64,000 nucleotides of DNA from Methanobacteriota archaeon (GCA_012729095.1 JAAYDU010000008.1:12252-76251), one strand, 5' to 3'. Positions 40,601 to 50,744 are shown, numbered from the stretch's first letter. Numbers and translations are program-made. Notes: generated by a model from the sequence alone, not told the origin.

Positions 40601-42746
40601 CTCTCAAGGCCTGGCATGGGGCAATGATCTCCTGTTCAATGACGTGCAGGTTTTCCATTCACGTTCTGAACTCTCCTTCGGAAAGGAGTACCCCCTGGGA
40701 GGCAATCACTGGTCGGACATGGCAGGGGAAGATGCCATGGGCGGGGAGCACCAGGACGAACCGGGTGCGGATGGCATCTTTGACGACGCGTATGACGCCG
40801 GGGGGACGTATGACCGGTACCCAAGGACCCATAGGTGCAGTTATCTGTACGATCGCCTGGAGGCGTCCTTCTCGCAGGACGCGGAGCAGGCCGATAGGAC
40901 GGGGGCAGTGACCTTCGTCTCTACCAGCACCAGCGGGATCGGGATCGCCAACTGGACCTGGGACATGGGGGACGGGACCATCGCCCACGGACCGTCGGTG
41001 GCGCACACCTATCCATCCCTGGGAACGTTCACGGTGAACCTTACCGTCACCGATCATTTTGGGCAGGAGGACGGCACGGAGGGGGCGGTGCAGGTGATAA
41101 ACCTGCGCCCGGTCTGCGATTTCAGCAATTCGCCAACGCGCCCCAAGCCGGGGGACGCCGTGCAGTTCAATGACCTCTCCACGGACCTGGATGGCGAAAT
41201 AGTGTCCTGGCTGTGGGATTTCGGAGATGGTTCTTTTTCCGATTCCCGATCGCCCCAACATACTTTCGTTAACGAGGGGGACTACCTGGTGTCCCTGACG
41301 GTCAACGATACCGACGGGGCGATAGGCACGATGGCCCGCGCGTTGGCGGTGGGCAACGACCCGCCGGTAGCCGCTTTCTCGTGGAGCCCGACGTCCATCA
41401 CCACCGTGGTGGACGTAAATTTCATTTCCCAGAGCTCGGACATTGATGGAACCTTGACCTCCTGGACCTGGGACCTCGGAGATGGTTCTTCAGGGAGTGG
41501 GGCCGATATCAGGCACAGGTATTCCTCACTGGGCACTTACACCGTCACCCTGGTGGTCACGGATGACAACGGGGCAAGCGACTCCGTATCCAAGACCATC
41601 ACGGTCGTGAACTCCCGTCCGGTGGCGGTCTTTATGGCCCCTGCCCAAGTAGAAAGCCTATCGGCCGCGTGCTTCGAGGACCGCTCCTACGATCTGGACG
41701 GCATCATAACGGGATGGAGCTGGACCTTCGGGGACGGGGGTGCGTCCAACGACCGGTCGCCGACCCACGTCTTCCTAGTGCCTGGGACCTACAGCGTGAC
41801 CTTGACCGTGACCGACGACCGGGGATGGGCGGGCAAGAGGAGCTCGGACATCATTGTCACCAACCGTCTGCCCGAGGTGAACTTGACCACACCCCAGGGC
41901 GATCACTGGTCCCTGGACGTTATTGACTTCAGCGCCTCCGCCAGCGACCCTGACGGGATGGTGGTGAACTACACGTGGGAAATGGGCGACGGTGCTGTGA
42001 AGGAGGGCGGGAACGTCACGCACGCCTACCGGGCACCTGGCACCTACAACGTCACCGTTACCTGCCGGGACGATTCCAATGGGGAGACGTCGGTCAGTTC
42101 CTTGGTGACGATACTGAACCTGGCCCCGCGGGCGGAGGTACTGATGCAGCAGGGCGGGCATCCCCTGGAGCTGGTGTTCATCGCTCAGGCGCAGGATGAC
42201 GACGGTCGTTTGACCCGGTACGATTGGAGCTTTGGCGATGGCGCATACGGCGAGGGAGAGATGGTGAGACACGAGTACGCGGAGGAAGGGAGTTACGAGG
42301 TGAAGCTCACTGTGATCGATGATGTGGGAGGGATGGTGGAGGCGGGGTGCATGGCCGAGGTGCTCCCGGGGAACCTGTACCTTTCAGGAATGCGTCTGAG
42401 CTACGTTCGAGGGACGGGTTGGGAACTCAGCGGGGAGATCTGGAACGAGGGAGAGCTGCCGGTGAACGTGACACTGTCCGTCGATGCTGGAAATAGGATG
42501 TTCCTCTGGGAGATCGAGGTGAGCGGGGAAGGGTTCGAACCGTTCCATCTGCCGCTGACCGGTTTCGAGGGCGGGGAGGTGAACGCGACCCTTCTGACCC
42601 CGGAAAGATGGGAGACCGACCTGAGAGACAACCTCTGGACGGGTGACGGGGATCCCTGGACACCGTTCGTACCTTGGATCGCGGGAGGGGCGGCCATCGT
42701 GATGGCCTTGGCCGCAATGGTGATGTACGCAAGAAGGAGAGGATGA
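37644..42746 (+). CDS. Gingipain-like C25 cysteine peptidase surface protein (propeptide, C25, CARDB, beta-helix, 6 PKD, C-terminal TM)
   Basis: YVLIGGDD..VP, EVFVGR, catalytic NHMGHG and QACN, NLLGDP; six W.W.xGDG PKD motifs; TM plus RRR tail. Confidence 0.9.
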   Translation: MIAHRCSRMLSVIFLTAFIIIPAFQAPATAMGMELSVTYEYDFPEPFIYPSGPDRLFGVTGLDLDSRGGVPALPMRSVFLAVPPGHRLIDVEVRCFLQRTIGFTDSYPTNPTEIALNGERSFSHEYEPISWEVSGRHVLEGVEVVGINLRPLCWDERTGALSFVGRYSVTLVYEESSIDFLGDVDRVRDLVDNPQAVPDLSSFTTSSVLPVGDYDHLIITSRDLSAPFQELAHWKGEREDLGSAQDNIRSTVVALEDILEDDRFWGIPSAHAGTGNDTQTIIRNFIITAHQEWGVQYVLIGGDDDIVPARMVKAPYDDNQIDELTADIYFSGLDGDWDSDGDGVYGEPGSVYVADEADLLAEVFVGRATVSTVKQAWNFVNKTIAYERGHSNQYGDDILLIGELLDSATQTYGDDYMEEVWDLVLADEGLDRSTLYARDGTFSGSAVLAAMGSGVHVINHMGHGNFESMTELDNEDVRGLQNELPFIVYTQACNVAGFDEKEDRPGDCIAEEFIQGEGGAVAFIGNSRYGWYVKGSTDGSSQKFDISFFGQVYDHDVTDLGRALSYSKEEHANLAFSAGTVRWVYLEQNLLGDPETRVHLPGSDLHDLAVQGMDVGRAILDEPCPIEVWVRNLGHSDQVGKLVLEADGEEVDNRTFSLGMGEDMTILLEWTPLEHRVSNITARVICAADQRPGNDGREVRSMVDRRIVSDESWTGNVTLPGGLLVDPLVTVNVSDCEIALQPSDLPYHISVLGALSLNGSTFQGSPFSIGSDGGRLELRNGRLLGMSSTCPSTFAGGSLYMRDMEIVGGAGWLLNGTSVDALNVTLTGQSGEWLMSDSAVYLDRLFGQGGDGLRLLGATGAVTSSSWTGGSSGISIDSCVGMVLRDLVLNGNGMDMDICGDLPSHFMHEVENVSLTYGPLMMMQGLNNATVEEVSGSLYLIGCHDMIVRNSRFGNSGSGLTLVNSSNVEMLGNAFENCTIGIRAVDSQGLAWGNDLLFNDVQVFHSRSELSFGKEYPLGGNHWSDMAGEDAMGGEHQDEPGADGIFDDAYDAGGTYDRYPRTHRCSYLYDRLEASFSQDAEQADRTGAVTFVSTSTSGIGIANWTWDMGDGTIAHGPSVAHTYPSLGTFTVNLTVTDHFGQEDGTEGAVQVINLRPVCDFSNSPTRPKPGDAVQFNDLSTDLDGEIVSWLWDFGDGSFSDSRSPQHTFVNEGDYLVSLTVNDTDGAIGTMARALAVGNDPPVAAFSWSPTSITTVVDVNFISQSSDIDGTLTSWTWDLGDGSSGSGADIRHRYSSLGTYTVTLVVTDDNGASDSVSKTITVVNSRPVAVFMAPAQVESLSAACFEDRSYDLDGIITGWSWTFGDGGASNDRSPTHVFLVPGTYSVTLTVTDDRGWAGKRSSDIIVTNRLPEVNLTTPQGDHWSLDVIDFSASASDPDGMVVNYTWEMGDGAVKEGGNVTHAYRAPGTYNVTVTCRDDSNGETSVSSLVTILNLAPRAEVLMQQGGHPLELVFIAQAQDDDGRLTRYDWSFGDGAYGEGEMVRHEYAEEGSYEVKLTVIDDVGGMVEAGCMAEVLPGNLYLSGMRLSYVRGTGWELSGEIWNEGELPVNVTLSVDAGNRMFLWEIEVSGEGFEPFHLPLTGFEGGEVNATLLTPERWETDLRDNLWTGDGDPWTPFVPWIAGGAAIVMALAAMVMYARRRG

Positions 42747-42752
42747 TAAAAG

Positions 42753-42825
42753 CGCCCCGGTCGGGATTTGAACCCGAGTCGAAGCCTCGACAGGGCTTCA
42801 TGATAGGCCGCTACACTACCGGGGC
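42753..42825 (-). tRNA. tRNA-Asp(GTC)
   Basis: GCCCCGG...CCGGGGC-G acceptor; AAGCC-CTGTCGA-GGCTT anticodon arm; TTCAAAT. Confidence 0.95.
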
Positions 42826-42999
42826 ATACGGCCTTTCCCCTTATCGAGTCGTAATATTTAATCCTTAGGTGCCGAAGAGGTGCTGGCATCCGTGGGATGT
42901 ACACATCCAGGAGTGTTGCTGCAGGGCGCGATGGCCCTTTTTATAAATTATTAGCAATTGATATCTACGATGATGCTATTATTCCGAACGGTGGGGTAA

Positions 43000-44106
43000 T
43001 TGGTCAGTGTCGAAATTATTAGCAAGGGCGCCTTGGTAAGGGCCTTCTCGGTGGTCGACCCATCCATCAAGAGGAAGCGGCTGATCGTGAACATAGCGTT
43101 GCTGGACATATTCTTTCTGAACGGGGTTCTGTTGTTCGTCGGGTTGTACCTGACGCCTTCGTTGCTCGTGATCATGTTGGCAATGATGGCCCTCGTGTCG
43201 GTCGTTTCCATCATCCAGCACCTCCATCTTAAGGCGGTGCTCTTGAGAGGGGCTTACCCAGTGACCCTTTACACCAACGGCTTCGAGCTGCCCTCTTTTG
43301 CCTTCAACCGGGCCCTCAGGCGGCCTGAGTTCATCAAAAGGGAAGAGGTCGCCTCGATATCGGTGACCGGGTTTCCGTCCGAGGTTCGGGGCGGGGAAAT
43401 GAACGGCATGCGTACGATCAACTTCAAGACCCGGTCGGGCAAGACCAACGATACAGGGGCCAGAAGCGTCACCGAGGTCGAATCGGCCGTTGATTGGATC
43501 GAGAGGAACTGGGGATCGAAGGTGGAGCGTTATGGGACGGTCTTCGAAGCGCATACCGCCACGCATACCGCCCATGAGGTAAGCGTCAATACCAGATATT
43601 GCCCGAACTGCGGGAAGGCCAGCGATGAAATGCAGAGCTTCTGCCCGTTCTGCGGCATGCGTCTCGATCCTGAGGCGTCCGCCGGGAACCGGGTCGAGGC
43701 GGAGCCGCAACAGCCGCCCTATGCACTGCCATACAATCCCTATCAACGTACTGGGTCCAGGAACGGAACCGCCCTACGGCCTCGATACGACGCGTCGGAA
43801 TACCCCAACGGAAAGGACCCCAGGACGGCCTTCTTCATCGGTCTTCTCCTGGGCTTCCTCGGTTTCATGGGCATAGGGCATATATATCTGGAAAAGAACG
43901 CCAAGGGCGTCGTCCTGCTGATCGCCGGTGGAATGCTGGCCGTCCTTTCCGTGACGGCCTGGATGACCGTGCTTGGTCCGTCCGAATATCCCTTGGGGGT
44001 CCAGGTGGCCACCGCCCTTATACTGTCCGGACCTTACCTCGTGCTTCAGGTCTGGCAGGCCTTCGACGCCCCCAAACCTAAGAAGGAATGGTCAAGAGCA
44101 CGGTGA
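43000..44106 (+). CDS. Membrane protein with central zinc ribbon and C-terminal TM2-like domain
   Basis: Two N-terminal TM helices, CPNC..CPFC, GFMGIGHIYL..KGV. Start uncertain. Confidence 0.65.
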   Translation: MVSVEIISKGALVRAFSVVDPSIKRKRLIVNIALLDIFFLNGVLLFVGLYLTPSLLVIMLAMMALVSVVSIIQHLHLKAVLLRGAYPVTLYTNGFELPSFAFNRALRRPEFIKREEVASISVTGFPSEVRGGEMNGMRTINFKTRSGKTNDTGARSVTEVESAVDWIERNWGSKVERYGTVFEAHTATHTAHEVSVNTRYCPNCGKASDEMQSFCPFCGMRLDPEASAGNRVEAEPQQPPYALPYNPYQRTGSRNGTALRPRYDASEYPNGKDPRTAFFIGLLLGFLGFMGIGHIYLEKNAKGVVLLIAGGMLAVLSVTAWMTVLGPSEYPLGVQVATALILSGPYLVLQVWQAFDAPKPKKEWSRAR

Positions 44107-44174
44107 TGAAGGAATGTCGTTCGGGCCATCGAGGAAAGTATTAATCACCGACTGCGGTTAGATTGACGGATCAC

Positions 44175-44975
44175 ATGGCCGAACGGAAGCTGAAAGTGGA
44201 GGACTACATGATCCGCGAGGTCCTGTACGTGCCCTTGGAGTTCACCGTCGAACAGGCCGTGGAACGTCTGGTCTCCAGCGAGTTCCATGGAATGCCGGTC
44301 ACCAAGGACGGAAAGCTGGTCGGGTTCATAACCGCCAAGGAGCTTCTGCGCAACTATAGGACGCCGAACATGCCCATCTCTGACATAATCAAAAGGGGCA
44401 CGGTGACCGTCAATCCCAAGATGGACCTGGACGATGCGGCGCGCATCCTGTTCCGTTACGGCCTGAGGAACGTGCCGGTCATCAACGACGGCGGTACGCT
44501 TCTCGGAATAATCTCCAATCTGGATATTGTGCGCTCCCACATCGAGCGCGCCACGCCCAACAAGGTGTCCATGATCAAGAACTTCCTGGAGGCCAAGCAC
44601 GGGGTCTCCATCATGGTCAGGAGACGCATCGTTCCCGTGGAAACGCTGCGCCCCACGCAGAAGGAGGTGTACGCCGACGAACTTCTCGGCAGGATGGAGG
44701 AGATAAAACGAGGTCTCGTCGAGCCGATCATAGTGGTCCGGAACAACAGCCACTACATACTGGTGGACGGACACCATCGCGCGCTGGCGTCCAAGCAGAT
44801 GGGCGTGCGGCAGTTCTCCGCCTTCGTCCTTGAACCATCGAGGGACGTGGAACTGGGGTTGGAACGCAGCGCCGAGGAGCAGGGACTTTACACCCTGGAC
44901 GATGTGAAGATAATCGAGGGCTCGCACCATCCCCTGGTGGAGATAACCACCAGGCTGCTGAAGAGCGAGCCTTAA
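44175..44975 (+). CDS. CBS-pair plus ParB/Srx-domain protein
   Basis: Two CBS repeats, then LRPTQ, EPIIV, ILVDGHHRA. Confidence 0.85.
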   Translation: MAERKLKVEDYMIREVLYVPLEFTVEQAVERLVSSEFHGMPVTKDGKLVGFITAKELLRNYRTPNMPISDIIKRGTVTVNPKMDLDDAARILFRYGLRNVPVINDGGTLLGIISNLDIVRSHIERATPNKVSMIKNFLEAKHGVSIMVRRRIVPVETLRPTQKEVYADELLGRMEEIKRGLVEPIIVVRNNSHYILVDGHHRALASKQMGVRQFSAFVLEPSRDVELGLERSAEEQGLYTLDDVKIIEGSHHPLVEITTRLLKSEP

Positions 44976-44983
44976 AGGGTTTT

Positions 44984-47292
44984 TTACTGCAGCGTCCTGC
45001 GGGCCGCCTCCAGCAGTATACGCTGCTCGGCGGAGGCGATGGTGTTGATGGTGCTCAGCACCGTGTCGGGGTTCAGGCTTATGGTGTCTATTCCGGCCTT
45101 CACCAGGAACTCGGTGAACTCTGGGTAGACGGATGGGGCCTGCCCGCATATCCCAACGGTGCATCCCTTGCGGTGCGCCGCCTCGATGAGCATGTTTATG
45201 GCCCGCTTGATGGCCTCGTTCCTCTCGTCGAAGTAGCCCATCTTGCCCAGGATGTCAGAGTCGCGGTCCGCTCCCATGGTCAGCTGGGTCAGGTCGTTGG
45301 AGCCAATGCTGAACCCGTCGCACCACTCGGCGAACTCCTCGGCCATGAATATGTTGCAGGGTATCTCGGCCATCAGGTACAGCTTGAAGTCGCGGTTGCG
45401 CTCCAGTCCGACATCCTTCATCATGTTGGTGATCTTGCGAACCTCGTCTATGGTGCGGACGAAGGGCAGCATGACATGCAGGTTCTTCAGCCCCATCTCC
45501 TCGCGGACCTTCTTTATCGCCTTGAGCTCCAGCCTGAACGCCTCCCGGTAAGAGTCGGAGACGTAGCGGGAGCATCCGCGCCAGCCGATCATGGGGTTCT
45601 CCTCGTGCGGCTCGAACTTCTCCCCGCCTTCCATGTCCCGGTACTCGTTGGTCTTGAAATCGGATGTGCGCAGTATGACCGGGCGGGGATAGAACGCCTT
45701 GGCCACCATGGCGATACCGTCCGCCAGCTTATCGACCAGGAATTTCGATTCTCCTTTCTCGATGAGCGCGCATGGGTGCTCCTGTATGTAGGAAGTGAAA
45801 AGGAACTCGATGCGCATCAGTCCCACTCCAGACACGGGAAGCTTGGAGACGTCCTCGGCCTTCTGCGGGATGGCCAGGTTGACGTACACCTTGGTCCCGG
45901 TGACCGGGGTGGAGGCGTTAGCGACCACGACCGCCTTCTTTCCCTCTTCCTTGGGCGCGACCAATCCCTCATATACGATCCCCATGCCGCCATCGACGGT
46001 GATCTTATCGTCGTCCTTCAGAAGTTCGGTGGCGCTCGTGGCCCCGACTATGCAAGGGATGCCAAGTTCGCGCGCCACTATTGCAGCGTGACAGGTCATC
46101 CCTCCTTCGTCGGTAACTATGGCCGCGGCGCGGGTCATGGCCGGAACCATGTCCGGAGATGTCATGGCGGTGACCAGCACATCGCCCTTCTTGACCACCT
46201 CCAGGTTCATGTCCTCGGAGACTATGCGTACAGGGCCGCCTGCCACTCCGGGCGAGGCGCCCAGTCCCTTGACGATCACCTTGGAGCTTTGGGCAAGCCC
46301 GTGGTCCTGTGCCTTGCCGTTGGGCTTGGCGCCGTTTGACGACAGGGTGGTGACGGGGCGGGCCTGCACGATGTACATGATACGTTCCTCTACGCACCAC
46401 TCGATGTCCATCGGACGATCGTAATGGGCCTCTATGTTCCGGCCTATCTCCCCCAGTGCCAGGATCTGCTCGTCCGTCATCTTCTGCACGTTTCGCATTT
46501 CCTCGGGGACATCGGCCTTCTCGCATTCCCCATCCTTTCCGCGCACCAGCTTCCAGCTCTGCTTGGCTATCCTCTTGGTCAGTATCTTGTCGTGGAACTT
46601 GTCCACGACGTAAGTGTCGGGGGTGACCTTTCCCCCGACCAAGGCCTCTCCGAGACCGTAACCTGCCTCGATGATGATGTGGGGCAGTTCGGAGCTGGGG
46701 TCAACTGTGAACATGATCCCGGATATCTCGGAGTTGATCATCTTCTGGACAACGACTGCCAGCTTGACCTTGGAGTGCTCGAACCCCTTGGTCACACGGT
46801 AGTATATGGCGCGGGGAGTGAACAGGGAGGACCAGCACTTGCGGACCTTGTCCAGCAGCTCCTCGGTGCTCTCCACGTTAAGGAACGTGTCCTGCTGGCC
46901 GGCGAAGCTTGCCGTCGGAAGATCTTCCGCGGTGGCGCTGGAACGTACGGCCACCAGCCCCATCTTCTTGCCCTTGAACATGGCCTTGTGGGAGGCGAGT
47001 ATCTGCTCCTTTAGGTCCGCCGGGATCTCCACGGTCTCGAAGAGGTCCCTCACTTTGGCGGAGGCGTCCTGCAGGGACGCCTCTGAACTGGCATCCACCT
47101 TTGCCATCAGGTCCTTTATGCGGTCTCCGATATTGCTGTTCTCCAAGAAGTAATCGTACGCCGCGGTGGTCAGAACGAATCGGGAGGGACGTTGAAACCG
47201 GCCGTGACCAGTTCTCCCAAGTTAGCTCCCTTGCCACCGGCGATGTCAATGTCGCTCTTGCCTAGGTCAGATATGCTCACTATCCTTTTCAT
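44984..47292 (-). CDS. ppsA: Phosphoenolpyruvate synthase; 1-bp frameshift at ~47181
   Basis: [10 protein letters not shown] from ATG 47292, [26 protein letters not shown]. Adding one base restores VPPGFVLT. Confidence 0.92.
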
Positions 47293-47701
47293 GGGTTGTT
47301 CCACCACTCTAAGAACGTTCGATGCAGGCAAGTTCACAGGGGCCGATGGCCCTTCAATGTCCTAACCCGGATGGAAAATAGGCGTGGAGTCTATTAATTT
47401 TTCTAAATGCTGAATGAGTCCTATCGTAATATTATCTAGTACTTTCGTACGTTCTTCACTGGAGCGCGTGATAGGCCAGTGCACCCTTCGCCTCACCGAC
47501 GCAGGCCGTAACTCATTGAAAGGGGTGCCCTAACGGGGATATTGGTGCCTTTTCATTTCAGATTCCTAAAGGAATTTATTACGGAATGAGAAGGTGTAGC
47601 AGGGTCGTTATCATATAATGCTTAATAAAATCGAAGATGAAGGCGATGATTTCGCAAGCTACGTTCGTAACTCGTAATTTCGAAGCTTTTATGCCGTTAA
47701 A

Positions 47702-47716
47702 TTACGTCTTTCGTAA
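47702..47716. promoter_or_regulatory. Palindrome TTACG-N5-CGTAA upstream of the por TATA box
   Basis: Perfect 5-bp arms; more TCGTAA half-sites at 47424, 47665 and 47672; TTTATATA at ~47733. Confidence 0.45.
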
Positions 47717-47779
47717 ACAATTTTCTGAAATTTTTATATATAAAGAGAATTTAGAGGGAATATCGTGCGAGGTATTGAT

Positions 47780-48337
47780 GTGAGCACCATTGAGATCAGG
47801 TGGCATGGAAGGGGTGGCCAGGGAGCCGTCACCGCGAACGAGATTTTGGCCGGTGCAGCCCTGAAAGAGGGTAAGTTCATCAAGGCCTTCCCAGAGTTCG
47901 GGCCGGAGAGGATGGGAGCCCCCATCAGAGCCTTCGCCCGAATCTCGGACGAGCCCATAACCGTGCACAGCCAGGTGTATTATCCAGACATTGTCCTGAT
48001 AATAGACGCGACCCTCCTGAAAGGAGGTAAGGTCGTTGACGGGCTGAAGGACGATGGAGCGGTCATCGCCAACTATCCTGAGGACAACGAGCAGTTGGCT
48101 AAGGCCGTGGGGCGCAGCAACGTCCACGCCGTCAACGCCACCAAGATCGCGTTGGAGACGATAGGGAGGCCCATGACCAACACGGCGATGCTGGGCGCGC
48201 TGGTCCGGATCACCAACGTGGTGAGCCTTGAGTCGATAATGGAGGAGATGAGGATCAAGATGTCCGGAAAGCTCAGCAAGGAAGTGGTGGAGAAGAACCT
48301 GAAGGCCATACAGCGGGCCTATGAGGAGGTGCAGTGA
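47780..48337 (+). CDS. porC: Pyruvate:ferredoxin oxidoreductase gamma subunit
   Basis: EIRWHGRGGQG, FGPERMGAP, NTAMLGA. Confidence 0.9.
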   Translation: MSTIEIRWHGRGGQGAVTANEILAGAALKEGKFIKAFPEFGPERMGAPIRAFARISDEPITVHSQVYYPDIVLIIDATLLKGGKVVDGLKDDGAVIANYPEDNEQLAKAVGRSNVHAVNATKIALETIGRPMTNTAMLGALVRITNVVSLESIMEEMRIKMSGKLSKEVVEKNLKAIQRAYEEVQ

Positions 48338-48618
48338 TGGCCAACGAAAAATCTAGCGAGCTTCCGCCGGGAGGGATTATCACCGATGCCGGCAGTTCCG
48401 AGAGATATCACACCGGGGAATGGCGCTCCCAGAGACCGGAGGTGGACAAGGACAAGTGCACGAACTGCCTGACCTGCTGGATATACTGCCCGGACAACAG
48501 CATAATAGTGGAGAACGAGAAAATGGTAGGGTTCAAGTACACCCATTGCAAGGGTTGCGGCATTTGCGCCAACCAGTGCCCTGCAAAGGCGATCACCATG
48601 AAGGAGGAGGGATTGTAA
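48337..48618 (+). CDS. porD: Pyruvate:ferredoxin oxidoreductase delta subunit
   Basis: TGEWR, two CxxCxxC..CP motifs, CKGCGIC. Confidence 0.9.
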   Translation: MANEKSSELPPGGIITDAGSSERYHTGEWRSQRPEVDKDKCTNCLTCWIYCPDNSIIVENEKMVGFKYTHCKGCGICANQCPAKAITMKEEGL

Positions 48619-49781
48619 TGGGAGAGAAAATGGCGGTCAACGGGGACACGGCTATAGCCATGGCCTGGAAGCAGATCAACCCGGACGTGGTGGCGGCCTA
48701 CCCCATCACGCCCCAGACCATAATCGTCGAGGCCTTCTCGGACTACGTTCACGATGGGGAGGTTGACACCGAATACGTTTGCGCCGAATCCGAGCACAGC
48801 GCCCTGAGCATCTGCGTTGGTGCTTCGGCGGCCGGTTCCAGAGTGGCCACCGCTACGGCCTCCGCGGGGCTGGCTTTCATGTGGGAGATGCTGTACATCG
48901 CGGCGTCCATGAGGACCCCGATAGTCATGGCCATAGCCAACCGCACCCTGAGCGGCCCTATCAACATCCACTGCGACCACAGCGATGCCATGGGAGCGAG
49001 GGATTCCGGATGGGTACAGATATTCGGGGAGAACGTGCAGGAGGCCTATGACAACACCCTCATAGCCTTCCGCATAGCCGAGCACATGAAGGTTCGATTG
49101 CCGACCATGACCTGCATCGACGGATTCATCATCACTCACGCCTTGGAAAGGTTCGAGCCATTGGATGTCGAGACGGTCAGGAATTTCTTAGGCCCGTACC
49201 AGGCCGTCAGGCCGCTTCTGGACCTCAAGAACCCCACTACCTACGGGCCCATCGCCATGCCTGATTACTATTTCGAGATCAAGTACCAGCAGGCGGTGGC
49301 AATGGAGGAGGCCCTCAAGGTCACCAGAGACGTCATGGCCGAGTTCGCCGAGGTGTCCGGACGCAAGTACGACCTGGTGGACGGATACCAAGTGGACGAT
49401 GCGGAATACGTCATAGTGGCCATGGGCTCCACGGCAGGCACGCTGCGATACGTCGTGGACCAGATGAGGGCCGATGGAAAGAAGGTGGGAACGGTCAAGG
49501 TACGCCTGTTCCGCCCGTTCCCCATGGAGGACATGGCCAAATTGCTCAAGGGCAAGAAGGCCGTGGCCGTGATGGACCGCGCCATGAGCCCGGGAACCGG
49601 GGGCGCGCTGTACTCCGATGTGCTGCAGTCCCTGGTGGGAATGGACGATGCCCCCCTGGTGATAAACTACGTGTACGGGCTGGGGGGAAGGGACGTGATG
49701 CCCGGACAGCTGACCGGGGTTTTCGAGGACCTGATCAAAGGGAATGAGAACCGCATCAACTACATGGGGGTGAGGAAATGA
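48618..49781 (+). CDS. porA: Pyruvate:ferredoxin oxidoreductase alpha subunit
   Basis: AYPITPQT, ESEHSA, RLFRPFP, GLGGRD. Confidence 0.92.
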   Translation: MGEKMAVNGDTAIAMAWKQINPDVVAAYPITPQTIIVEAFSDYVHDGEVDTEYVCAESEHSALSICVGASAAGSRVATATASAGLAFMWEMLYIAASMRTPIVMAIANRTLSGPINIHCDHSDAMGARDSGWVQIFGENVQEAYDNTLIAFRIAEHMKVRLPTMTCIDGFIITHALERFEPLDVETVRNFLGPYQAVRPLLDLKNPTTYGPIAMPDYYFEIKYQQAVAMEEALKVTRDVMAEFAEVSGRKYDLVDGYQVDDAEYVIVAMGSTAGTLRYVVDQMRADGKKVGTVKVRLFRPFPMEDMAKLLKGKKAVAVMDRAMSPGTGGALYSDVLQSLVGMDDAPLVINYVYGLGGRDVMPGQLTGVFEDLIKGNENRINYMGVRK

Positions 49782-50716
49782 ACCTGAAGGAACTGACACA
49801 CAGCGAGGTGAGGATGTGCGAGGGGCACCGGCTCTGCGCCGGTTGCGCGGAACCTATCATCGCCCGCCAGGTGCTCATGGCCACCGACAAGCCGGTGATC
49901 GTCGCGAACGCCACCGGATGCTTCGAGGTGTCCACCACCATATACCCGTTCTCCTCCTGGAATGTGCCATGGATACACACCGCCTTCGAGAACGCCCCGG
50001 CCACCATGAGCGGGGTGGAGGCGGCGTACAAGTCGTTGAAGAGACAGGGCAAGCTGGACCAGGAGATCAAGTTCGTGGCCTTCGGAGGCGATGGCGCCAC
50101 GTACGATATCGGGTTCCAGTCCCTTTCCGGAGCTATCGAGAGGGGTCATGACTTCATGTACGTGTGCTTCAACAACGAGGCCTACATGAACACCGGCATC
50201 CAGAGGAGCGGCGCCACCCAGATGGGGGCGGCCACCACCACCTGCCCGGCCGGAAGCTGCATACCGGGAAAGAGGGAGTTCCCCAAGGACCTGACCAAGA
50301 TCGTCATCGCTCACGACCTGCCCTACGCCGCGCAGGCATCCCCGCACAACTGGAAGGACCTTATCAGCAAGGCCAAGAAGGGCTTCGACACCCCCGGTCC
50401 AGCCTTCCTGAACGTGATATCCCCGTGCCCCCGCGGCTGGAGGCATGATGGCTCGAAGACCATAGCCATATCCAAGCTTGCCGTGGAGACCTGCATCTGG
50501 CCTCTGTACGAGTTCGAGAACGGGAAGTGGAGCCTGACCGGGGAGTCGCTGCGCATAGCCGAGGGGACCAGGGAGAAGAGGCCGGTGTTGGACTGGCTGA
50601 ACTCCCAGGGCCGCTTCAAGCACCTGACCAAGGGGAAGTTCACCTCGGTGGCCGATGATATCCAGAAGAACATCGACGCCAAGTGGGAACAACTTCAGAA
50701 GCTATGCAAGATGTGA
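49778..50716 (+). CDS. porB: Pyruvate:ferredoxin oxidoreductase beta subunit
   Basis: GHRLCAGC, GGDG, NEAYMNTGIQRS, SPCP.GW. Confidence 0.92.
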   Translation: MNLKELTHSEVRMCEGHRLCAGCAEPIIARQVLMATDKPVIVANATGCFEVSTTIYPFSSWNVPWIHTAFENAPATMSGVEAAYKSLKRQGKLDQEIKFVAFGGDGATYDIGFQSLSGAIERGHDFMYVCFNNEAYMNTGIQRSGATQMGAATTTCPAGSCIPGKREFPKDLTKIVIAHDLPYAAQASPHNWKDLISKAKKGFDTPGPAFLNVISPCPRGWRHDGSKTIAISKLAVETCIWPLYEFENGKWSLTGESLRIAEGTREKRPVLDWLNSQGRFKHLTKGKFTSVADDIQKNIDAKWEQLQKLCKM

Positions 50717-50744
50717 GCGAAACCTTTTCCCTTTCCCTATTTTT

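Noticed and set aside
36219..42825. Genomic island integrated at tRNA-Asp
   Set aside because: No integrase and no duplicated tRNA 3' end found by eye.
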